This document shows, in pieces, positions 23,231-31,239 of a DNA stretch of 31,239 nucleotides. The notes below the pieces were generated by a model. It saw only the letters and a program-made list of their open reading frames with translations. It was not told the DNA's origin and did not search any database. This DNA is from a virus (lineage: Duplodnaviria; Caudoviricetes). The stretch covers positions 1 to 31,239 of the IMG/VR virus record IMGVR_UViG_3300043220_000065, one strand, 5' to 3'. Position 1 is the stretch's first letter. Each line of letters opens with the position of its first letter. The translations under genes and the position numbers were made by a program.

Positions 23231-26200
23231 GAAAACTTCTCCTGACAGCCTTTTTTCTGTTCTCTTCACTGGGTCTCCATGCCCAAACCGTTCCCGTAAC
23301 AGGAAATTTGAAGACAGTTCTCGGCGAGAATCTGGGATCGAACACTTTTATTAGGTTCAGGCTCCGAAACTACAAACCCAACCGTCCTCTCGTTGAAGGC
23401 GTTGGAATAATCGGGCAGACAACAAAGGACGTGACTCCCGATTCAAACGGCCTTATCAGTACAACCGTCTACGACAACGATTTCATTGACCCTACCAATA
23501 CCTTTTACACCCTTGAGTTCTACCTACAAGGTCGCTTTGTTTTTGCTGCCAGTTACGAGATTACGGGATCGACCTTTGATTTCAATACAGCCAATCCTAT
23601 TTCAACTGTTCCTACCGCCGCGATTCCTACCCTTGAATCCCGCGTTTTCACCCATATCCAATCGTCTGCCGCGACCACATGGACGATCACCCATAGTTTT
23701 GGTGTGCGGGAAGTAACGCTTGACTTCTACGACAACAGCTTCAATCGAATCTTCCCCGACCTAGTAACCCTGACTGACATCAACACGGTTACGGCCTTGT
23801 TCGTTGTCCCTCAAGCCGGTCGTGCGGTAGTGATGCGGGCTGAGAATGTGATGCTCAGTTCCGCTACCGGGGATTTTTTGTCGAAGACCCCGACTACTGC
23901 ACAGTCCATCACGGGCGGGTTCGATTTGACGCTGGACGGGAATTTCCTGCTGTCTCTTACGGGACAGAACATCGGCTCTCCAACTGTGAGGCCGGACGCT
24001 TTTTTGGAGACAGTTACGACAGGAGTCCTCAACCAAGTTCGGGTAGTGGATGGTAACAAGTTCGCCCAAAACTCTACAGGACTCCAGGCGGCGATAGATG
24101 AAGTAGAAGCAGCCAATGGCGGCATGATCTTCCTGCCCTGCGGAACCTACAGCATAACCTCTGCTCTGACCGTCACCATGCCAAGTAATAATTTGGGTTT
24201 CAAGATGGTGGGGTCTGGTATATGTACGATTCTCCAGCCGTCCACAGGAATGACGGTTCTGACTATTGATATGGGGCTCTCCAACTACCAAAGTCTCTAC
24301 TTAGCTGACTTCGCGTTCGACCTGAATAGTACGGACTCAACGGCACTGGCTCTCGCTCCAGCCGGGCAAACCTCTGTTGTAGATCGGCTATTTATTGACA
24401 ACAACTCGGCGACCGCAACATCTACGCTCATAACAGTGGACGCCAATTCTCACCGGGCTACGCTTAGAAACATCAGAATCCGAGGGAGTTCAGCTACCGC
24501 AGATGCAATAGAAATCAACGCGAATGCCGTTGACCTTAACGCGCTCGACATCACGGGTTGCAAAGCGGCTGTCATAATTCCAGCCGGAGCTACGATCAAC
24601 GCTCTATTCCTCACAAATTCTAGGCTCGACTCTAACGTAAATGGTTTCAAGATTGACGGTGCCGTTGCTCTGTCTAGCACGGTTGCTCACAACCATTTTG
24701 AGAGTAATACCGGCTCGGCCATAGATGTCACCGGGTTTGACGCCGGCAGCAATCGGGTCTTTGCTCTTACTGTACGGGACAATTACTTCACCGGAATGGA
24801 CTTGGCCGCACAGGATGGAATCACCCTGTTCCGTGCGAATGGGGTTGTCGTAGCAGGAAATCACTTCAAAGGAACTGGCGGCGTTGCCGAAGCTGTCACT
24901 TTCATCGCTTCTGTCACTGATGTGTCGATAATAGGAAACACCGTAGATGCTGTCGGACTAGGAATGACCGGGTTTAGCGGTGTTCCACTAGCCATAAGCG
25001 ACGTAACTATCACACAATTTAGTGTGGACCTTGGCATTAGTGGAGATATTCTGGCTGCTGCAACTGGTCAAGACCTTGGCTCAGCCTCGTTGCGGTGGGA
25101 TGCTTTCTTAGAAACGGTCACAACTGGTGTCTTGAACAACATCCGTGTGGTGGATGGGAATAAGTTTGCTCAGACAGCGGCCGGGATTCAGGAAGCGATT
25201 GACGAGGCCAGCGCAGCAGGAGGCGGCGAGGTCTGGATACCAAGCGGCACGATTGCTCTTGCTACCACTGGTTTGACGATGAAGGCTGGAGTCACACTAA
25301 GAGGGGCAGGAGCAAACGCTACCTTCCTTACTTCTACTTTAACCTCTGGCGTCGTTATCTCAGGTGGCACAGTTGTCCAACTACGAATCATCGGTCTCAG
25401 AATTGATGGCCTCGACACGTCTGGTACAGCAATAGGAATAGACATTCCAGACAGCATCAATTTTCTTGTGCGGGATGTCTTTGTAGAAGATATGGGCGGC
25501 GTCGGGATTCAGGTAGATACCAGCGGCGGCGGAAATTCCAACTTGGGCGACTTCGACAACGTGCAATCGGATTCTAACGGTAGCGACGGCTTTTTCTTGA
25601 CTGGCCCCAACTCCAACGCTATTGCTTTTACCGGCATGACTTCGGCTCGCAGCAACGAGGGCTGGGGTTTCAACATTGAGTCTAACGGAAACATTCTGGA
25701 CGTTCATGGTGACGGCAACAATGGTGGGTCAAACACGGAGATGCGAATCGAGGGTGACGGCAACATCGGACGTGCCTGGCTAGAAGGCAACGAAGCCGGG
25801 AACCTGACCTTTACCGCCAACTCCGTAGGTAACAAGATCGAGACACTCAGCCTGATGCTGAGCGGTGGCCTGACCGATGATGGCACAGATAACATAGTGT
25901 ACTATTCACGCAACGGCGTTGCCGGTTTCACTCGAATCAACGCAAGCGCCTCTGGTGGGAATTCTTCCTTCATATCCAACGCCCCGCAAGTGGCTTTTAT
26001 CGGCAACGCCACTAGGGCAGGCCGAATACTATTCACATCCAACAACACGGGGGTTTCTACCGGAGACAAACTCTTTGGAGGTTGCAACGACCCTGGTGAC
26101 GACCTGTGCGTCTTCAATGACGCAGGTGCGGAAATCTGGCGACTCACCGATCCTGGTTTCTTGACACTGGCCAGCGGTATGGTCATTAACCTCGATGGGG

Positions 26201-26697
26201 ACGACGCCGACACACGGATTGAGGGTGTCGGTGATGCTCAACTTCTGTACGTAGACGCCAGTGCGGACAGGGTGGGAATCGGCGATGCTTCTCCAGATTC
26301 CAAGTTTGATGTGAACGGTGTCTCCGAGGGCCAGCGGTTCAAAGCGGCGGGCACGGCACTAGTCGCTGGTGACATAGCCATCGCAACAACTGGTGCATGG
26401 GGAGACACATCGGACGCCACAGTTGGGTCAGTCACAGGAAACGACCAGTGGTTTCAGTGGACGATAACAGCCGGTGGAGCCAACACAGGGGCCAACCCAA
26501 CCATCGTGATTACTTTCACTGATGGCACTTGGACGAACGCTCCAATCGTGTTGTGCAACCGCCAGGACTTCAACGCCCCTGCCACCGTAACAGTCACCGT
26601 CACAACCGTCACCGCGACCGTTCTCACCTTGACGTTTGATGGGACGCCGACAGCAACCAATACCTACAGGTTTGCTTGCCATGTGGGGGGAATCTAA
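23227..26697 (+). CDS. Tailspike-like protein with two parallel beta-helix domains and an N-terminal signal peptide
   Basis: MRKLLLTAFFLFSSLGLHA|Q; two QxAID...GG.h.hPxGT beta-helix caps; FTHIQSSAATTWTITH fibre module. Confidence 0.85.
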   Translation: MRKLLLTAFFLFSSLGLHAQTVPVTGNLKTVLGENLGSNTFIRFRLRNYKPNRPLVEGVGIIGQTTKDVTPDSNGLISTTVYDNDFIDPTNTFYTLEFYLQGRFVFAASYEITGSTFDFNTANPISTVPTAAIPTLESRVFTHIQSSAATTWTITHSFGVREVTLDFYDNSFNRIFPDLVTLTDINTVTALFVVPQAGRAVVMRAENVMLSSATGDFLSKTPTTAQSITGGFDLTLDGNFLLSLTGQNIGSPTVRPDAFLETVTTGVLNQVRVVDGNKFAQNSTGLQAAIDEVEAANGGMIFLPCGTYSITSALTVTMPSNNLGFKMVGSGICTILQPSTGMTVLTIDMGLSNYQSLYLADFAFDLNSTDSTALALAPAGQTSVVDRLFIDNNSATATSTLITVDANSHRATLRNIRIRGSSATADAIEINANAVDLNALDITGCKAAVIIPAGATINALFLTNSRLDSNVNGFKIDGAVALSSTVAHNHFESNTGSAIDVTGFDAGSNRVFALTVRDNYFTGMDLAAQDGITLFRANGVVVAGNHFKGTGGVAEAVTFIASVTDVSIIGNTVDAVGLGMTGFSGVPLAISDVTITQFSVDLGISGDILAAATGQDLGSASLRWDAFLETVTTGVLNNIRVVDGNKFAQTAAGIQEAIDEASAAGGGEVWIPSGTIALATTGLTMKAGVTLRGAGANATFLTSTLTSGVVISGGTVVQLRIIGLRIDGLDTSGTAIGIDIPDSINFLVRDVFVEDMGGVGIQVDTSGGGNSNLGDFDNVQSDSNGSDGFFLTGPNSNAIAFTGMTSARSNEGWGFNIESNGNILDVHGDGNNGGSNTEMRIEGDGNIGRAWLEGNEAGNLTFTANSVGNKIETLSLMLSGGLTDDGTDNIVYYSRNGVAGFTRINASASGGNSSFISNAPQVAFIGNATRAGRILFTSNNTGVSTGDKLFGGCNDPGDDLCVFNDAGAEIWRLTDPGFLTLASGMVINLDGDDADTRIEGVGDAQLLYVDASADRVGIGDASPDSKFDVNGVSEGQRFKAAGTALVAGDIAIATTGAWGDTSDATVGSVTGNDQWFQWTITAGGANTGANPTIVITFTDGTWTNAPIVLCNRQDFNAPATVTVTVTTVTATVLTLTFDGTPTATNTYRFACHVGGI
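23959..25260 (+). repeat. Duplicated 66-aa neck/cap module in the tailspike (23959-24156 and 25063-25260)
   Basis: DAFLETVTTGVLNx(V/I)RVVDGNKFAQ present in both copies. Confidence 0.9.
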
Positions 26698-26759
26698 TGA
26701 GATGGTTGCATCCCCCAAAAATTCTCTGTACCATCCAACTCGTTTAGGGAGGGATTAAA

Positions 26760-27176
26760 ATGGCTGTAAGAAGCTACTCACGCGGTGAAAAGAACGTAAT
26801 TTTTGACTCGGATGATGCTGGACTAGGGTTGAACTCCACCGGAGATGAACTCTGGCTCACTCCCTATATACATGGGGATCAGCTTCCTGAGAAGTTGTCC
26901 TGGGAGATTATCATGTCTGGTACGTTTACAGCCGGGGCAGTGGACTTAGAAGGGACGCTCGGACAAGAACACAGTATCGTTGCAAGCGCGGCTGTTCTAT
27001 CAGTTAAAGCGGCGAGCGGTGGTCCAAATTGGTTCCAGATTGACACTATTCCACTAACCACCGGGGGCTCAACACTAAGATTCGTAACCGACAAAAAGGT
27101 TCGAGCGGTTCGAATAAGAGTTTCGACCGCCGTTACTGGGACTACCCCACGTGCTATTGTCGCCGTAGCCGCCTAG
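26760..27176 (+). CDS. Hypothetical beta-rich protein (possible fibre adaptor or chaperone)
   Basis: GGAGG RBS; lies between the two fibre genes; no signal peptide. Confidence 0.7.
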   Translation: MAVRSYSRGEKNVIFDSDDAGLGLNSTGDELWLTPYIHGDQLPEKLSWEIIMSGTFTAGAVDLEGTLGQEHSIVASAAVLSVKAASGGPNWFQIDTIPLTTGGSTLRFVTDKKVRAVRIRVSTAVTGTTPRAIVAVAA

Positions 27177-27195
27177 TTCTCCGAGGACTGATCGA

Positions 27196-30100
27196 ATGGT
27201 AAAAAGACTCTTTTCATTAGTTCTCTTCACCCTGTTGTCTGTTCTGCCAGCAACAGCCCAAGGACCGGGGACGGAGCACGGTCGTTTATCCGTAAACGAC
27301 CTTCTTACCTTTAGAGAATCCGCTGGTGATGCTACCTGTGCGACGGGTGATTATTGGCTGAAAGGAAACTCCTCTACTAATACCCTACGTGGCTGTGAAA
27401 ACGGCAACTTGTTCGACGCAAATACCGCTGCCGGGGCCGCGTCGTGGTCCAGTCTGACCAACCCAACTGCTGTCACCACTTTTACCAGCGGTGCTGTGGC
27501 CGAGATTATGAGTTATGACTTCCAGGCCAACTACACTACTGAGCAGTTAGTTCTGTTTAAGACCAGCACGGGAACGCCGAGTGGTGGAACGCTTCTGACC
27601 CTGGAAGTCCACGATGCTGATGTGTTGCCTTTTGCTATCAGCGACGGGTCGAGCAATGTCTTCACGGTGGCAAGAACTGGCAATGTACGCCTCACGGCCA
27701 TGTCTGCTCCGAGCTACGCTGCTGGGAACTTATTCTATGACTCCGGCAACGAGTCATTGACCTTCCACAACAACGAGCCCGACATCGCCTTGCAAGTTGG
27801 TCAGGAGATGTGGGTTCGGGTACGTAATGAATCGGGGGTGACAATCAGCAACGGGCAGGTCGTCTACATTGACGGGTTGGCTAGTGGCCTGCCACGGATT
27901 GCCTTGGCTCAATCCAACGCCGCTGCTACGTCCGAAGCCGTGGGCTTGGTGACACACGACATAGAGAACCTGACTAACGGCTATGTAACTGCCTTTGGGT
28001 TGGTACGGGATTTCGACACTTCTGCTTTTACTATCGGCGACCGCTTGTTCCTGTCGCCTACTACAGCCGGGGCCTTGACTGCCACTGTGCCCTCTGACCC
28101 CAACTTCTCCGTCCCTATTGGCATCGTTACCGAAGTCAACGTCTCGACCGGAGACATATTGGTAACACTCGGCCCGCCGCGCCCGCGAGGGGATACAGGA
28201 ATTGCGGTAGTAGGAGGCGACCTTCGTACAGCTTCCACCGAAGAAGGGTTCTTGAATTCAGGTCCATTGACTTGCGGGGCAAGCACAGCCGGGTCAATGC
28301 GTGTTCACACTACCCCACTGCAATACTGCGACAACGCCGCAACCCCCGTGCTACAGTACGCTGCTTATGGCGCGTCGGATGGGGACGCCCTGGCTGGAGA
28401 TTCCGCCACCAGTTTCTTTGACGCAGGCACGCTGGAGGATACCCGACTCTCTGCCAACGTGGCTCTAGCTACCGACACGCTGGACTTCTTTGCAGCAACT
28501 ACCTCAGCAGAATTTCTTGGCATCATTTCCAACGAAACGGGCACCACAGGTCTGGTGGTCGCCAGCATCAACCCGACGCTCACAGACGTAACGGTAGACG
28601 ACCTCATCACCTTCACCGAAACCGCTGGAGATGCTACTTGTGCAGCGGGAGATTATTGGGTCAAAGGAAATTCCACTAGTAACAAAATGCGCGGCTGTGA
28701 AAATGGAACCGCATTCGACTTGAACACGGCGGGAGGTGGGAATTCATTCGGGACTATCGGGAATGCGGTCGCCGATAGTGGAGCTGATACCCTGACCGTG
28801 ACCGATAGCGGTACGATTGATTTCACCACCACTGACAATCCCGAAGATTTGACTGCCATCGTCATTGCAGATTCTATCACTGCGACTCAACTCGACGAGA
28901 CTGTGGCCTACGCCTTTTCCAGCATCACCAACACCTTCTTCGGTGCGAGCTACACCGACGGCTCTGGAGCCGCTCCTTCTGCTGGAGTCCTACGCTGCGC
29001 CAACGCTGTGAGTTGTATTGCTGCTGAGGCTGCTCCAGCGGGCGCAGATGGGACAATCACATACGACGCCACCGAGCAGTGGGCGTTCAACTCCCCCATC
29101 GTGGTCAGTTCAGGTGGCACCGATCAAATACAACTCGGCTCGGGCACTAACCTTTCGACATGGCAACATACCTACATCGAGTTTGAAGGTGCGACCGACG
29201 ATGGATTTGAGACGCGGTTCAGTATCACCGACCCCACTGCTGACCGAACAGTAACCGTCCCCAATGTGGACACGACCATCCATCAGCCTTTCTCCTGCAC
29301 GAACCAATTCGCTCGGTCGTCTGCGGCTGCGACTGGATTGGTTACTTGTGCGACGGTAGCTGCTTCAGAAGTTACCATGTCCCGTATTGCGGGTTCAACC
29401 TTCTCCACAGCAGAAGACATGCAAATTGTTTTCCACTCGGCGGGATGGACTACTGGTGGTACGATCAACGATGCTGGAGCAGGGAATATCACAGTTGACG
29501 CGGGCACAGGACTTGTACGTTCGACTGATTCATCTGTGGGAACGATGCTCTGGTTTGATTGGAGTGCCCTGGGTTCAACGGCGATCCCTGCCGACACAGT
29601 TCGCTATGTCGGTGTAGAATATAACGCAGGTAGTCCCCAAATCGTAGTCCGCACTACTTATACCTGGGACTTTAACACAGACTTTCCTCTTGGCAATGTC
29701 GTCAATGAGGGTGGTACTTTGCACATTGAGAATGCTCCGCACGCAGTTGGGGATCACGCTAATTTTATGGTCCAGCGGATGTATGAAACATCTCCTCGCA
29801 AGCGGGATGACCGATCTGGTGGTTTAATTATCGGTGAAACCGGAACTCGTAATGTGACTGTAAGTGCAGGGAGTGTTTGGGAGAGATTGCAGACATTCGC
29901 TATCACGGCCATAGATACTTCTGTAGCTGATAGCTTTGACACCTACTGCACGACTACTAAAGAGGCTACGGGGGCAACGCAATGGGATAATGCAAATTAT
30001 TGTAACTCCGGGACCCTGACGGCTCTGACATCAAATCGTTACGCTGCCTTGTGGTTTTACCTCGAATTGGATGGTGCGCTGCTCATGGTGTACGGGAATG

Positions 30101-31239
30101 CTCAGTATACTTCCCAAGCAGCCGCAGAGGATGACCCACAGCCTGTGACGGTTCCTAATCGAATCTCTGCTCAAGCTCTTCTGATTGGGAGGATGATTAT
30201 AAACGAAGGAGACGCTACGGCACTGAGCATTGAATCAGCCTTCACCAAAGCATTTGCTGCTGCCACGATCACAGATCACGGTGAGTTAGCTGGGCTAGGC
30301 GATGACGATCATACACAGTACGGTTTACTGGCTGGACGCAGTGGTGGTCAGACTCTCATTGGGGGTACTGGAGCCGGTGATGATTTGCATTTGCAAACGA
30401 CATCAAATGCCTCTAAGGGAACCTACTTTCTTGACGAGCTTACTACGAATGGGTTTCTGAAGACCGGGGGTGGTAATGGCACCCTTAGTGTAGCCACTAA
30501 TGTGGCCTTGGCTTCCGACACGTTGGATTTCTTTGCTGCGACGACCTCGGCTGAGTTCCTGGGGACGATCTCCAACGAGACAGGAACTACCGGGTTGGTA
30601 GTCGCCAGTATAAACCCTACCCTGACCGATGTGACCATCAACGACCTAATTACTTTCACTGAGACAGCAGGCGACGCGACTTGTGCTGTGGGAGACTACT
30701 GGGTAAAGGGCAACTCGACCTCCAACACTATGCGGGGGTGCGAGAACGGGAACCTGTTTGACGTGAATACCACGGCTGGTGCAGCGTCGTGGTCATCTCT
30801 CACCGATCCAACTGCTGCGGTTACAATGAACTCAGGGGCGGTTTCTGAGTTACTGCAATTCAACTACACCGCTGCCTATGGTGGTACGGATGTTCTCTTC
30901 CAAATCGAGCAACTAACAGGGAACCCCGTAGCGGGCAGCATCCTGCTCGAACTGGTTGCAGCCGACACCGACATCCTTCTACTCAGCGCAGGTTCAGGGT
31001 CTAACACAATCGACATCACCCAGGCGGGTGCAATGTCCGCGCAAGGTACAGCAACCATCACAGCCACCGACCTCGCGGCTGACGCTATAGACGCCACCAC
31101 CGACTTTGCCGCTGGCCTCTGTGTTGCCACTCAGATTCTTGAGCGCCAAGCCTCCGTGTGGGCTTGTATTGCAACTCCAAGTGGTGGTGGGGCGCGATGG
31201 GACGAACTCACAGCGCCTACTAGCTCGATTGACCTAGTT
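27196..31239 (+). CDS. Large mosaic tail-fibre-like protein with a signal peptide (>=1348 aa, runs off the window; not in ORF track)
   Basis: GAGGA RBS at 27183-27187, ATG at 27196, hand translation has no stop to 31239; MVKRLFSLVLFTLLSVLPATA|Q; fibre-type motifs FEGATDDGFETRFSITDPTADRTVTVP and DHGELAGLGDDDHTQY. Confidence 0.92.
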   Translation, partial: MVKRLFSLVLFTLLSVLPATAQGPGTEHGRLSVNDLLTFRESAGDATCATGDYWLKGNSSTNTLRGCENGNLFDANTAAGAASWSSLTNPTAVTTFTSGAVAEIMSYDFQANYTTEQLVLFKTSTGTPSGGTLLTLEVHDADVLPFAISDGSSNVFTVARTGNVRLTAMSAPSYAAGNLFYDSGNESLTFHNNEPDIALQVGQEMWVRVRNESGVTISNGQVVYIDGLASGLPRIALAQSNAAATSEAVGLVTHDIENLTNGYVTAFGLVRDFDTSAFTIGDRLFLSPTTAGALTATVPSDPNFSVPIGIVTEVNVSTGDILVTLGPPRPRGDTGIAVVGGDLRTASTEEGFLNSGPLTCGASTAGSMRVHTTPLQYCDNAATPVLQYAAYGASDGDALAGDSATSFFDAGTLEDTRLSANVALATDTLDFFAATTSAEFLGIISNETGTTGLVVASINPTLTDVTVDDLITFTETAGDATCAAGDYWVKGNSTSNKMRGCENGTAFDLNTAGGGNSFGTIGNAVADSGADTLTVTDSGTIDFTTTDNPEDLTAIVIADSITATQLDETVAYAFSSITNTFFGASYTDGSGAAPSAGVLRCANAVSCIAAEAAPAGADGTITYDATEQWAFNSPIVVSSGGTDQIQLGSGTNLSTWQHTYIEFEGATDDGFETRFSITDPTADRTVTVPNVDTTIHQPFSCTNQFARSSAAATGLVTCATVAASEVTMSRIAGSTFSTAEDMQIVFHSAGWTTGGTINDAGAGNITVDAGTGLVRSTDSSVGTMLWFDWSALGSTAIPADTVRYVGVEYNAGSPQIVVRTTYTWDFNTDFPLGNVVNEGGTLHIENAPHAVGDHANFMVQRMYETSPRKRDDRSGGLIIGETGTRNVTVSAGSVWERLQTFAITAIDTSVADSFDTYCTTTKEATGATQWDNANYCNSGTLTALTSNRYAALWFYLELDGALLMVYGNAQYTSQAAAEDDPQPVTVPNRISAQALLIGRMIINEGDATALSIESAFTKAFAAATITDHGELAGLGDDDHTQYGLLAGRSGGQTLIGGTGAGDDLHLQTTSNASKGTYFLDELTTNGFLKTGGGNGTLSVATNVALASDTLDFFAATTSAEFLGTISNETGTTGLVVASINPTLTDVTINDLITFTETAGDATCAVGDYWVKGNSTSNTMRGCENGNLFDVNTTAGAASWSSLTDPTAAVTMNSGAVSELLQFNYTAAYGGTDVLFQIEQLTGNPVAGSILLELVAADTDILLLSAGSGSNTIDITQAGAMSAQGTATITATDLAADAIDATTDFAAGLCVATQILERQASVWACIATPSGGGARWDELTAPTSSIDLV
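27292..30850 (+). repeat. Repeated protein modules in the fibre gene
   Basis: GDATCAxGDYWxKGNSxxNxxRGCENG x3 (first Cys at 27337, 28639, 30682); 84-aa block at 28456-28707 and 30499-30750; AASWSSLTxPTA x2. Confidence 0.92.

Noticed and set aside
27292-30850. Fibre repeats as a diversity-generating retroelement TR/VR pair
   Set aside because: Differences are synonymous third-position changes of all types, not adenine-specific; no RT in the window

Overview
The window is the packaging and virion-morphogenesis arm of a tailed dsDNA phage with a podovirus-type gene order and no visible tape measure or sheath gene. On the + strand the order is: probable small terminase, large terminase, portal, small basic proteins, a degenerate EndoVII/HNH nuclease, scaffold, major capsid, adaptor, nozzle, GNAT-like protein, three ejection/internal proteins, a double beta-helix tailspike, and a >1348-aa fibre gene (27196 to window end) that the ORF track misses. 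The first ~2.5 kb is mostly non-coding. It holds phased TTGACA-N5-TGTCAA palindromes, IHF-like boxes, a candidate + strand sRNA, and a - strand unit of promoter > ~170-nt structured RNA > alpha/beta hydrolase > tRNA-Asp(GTC), with the hydrolase stop codon inside the tRNA. The most striking observation is that both receptor-binding proteins start with Sec-type signal peptides, and all 16 Cys in the visible part of the fibre sit in 8 close pairs. This suggests virion fibres that are exported and disulfide-bonded outside the cytoplasm. All functional calls come from motifs and gene order read by eye; no database search was run.
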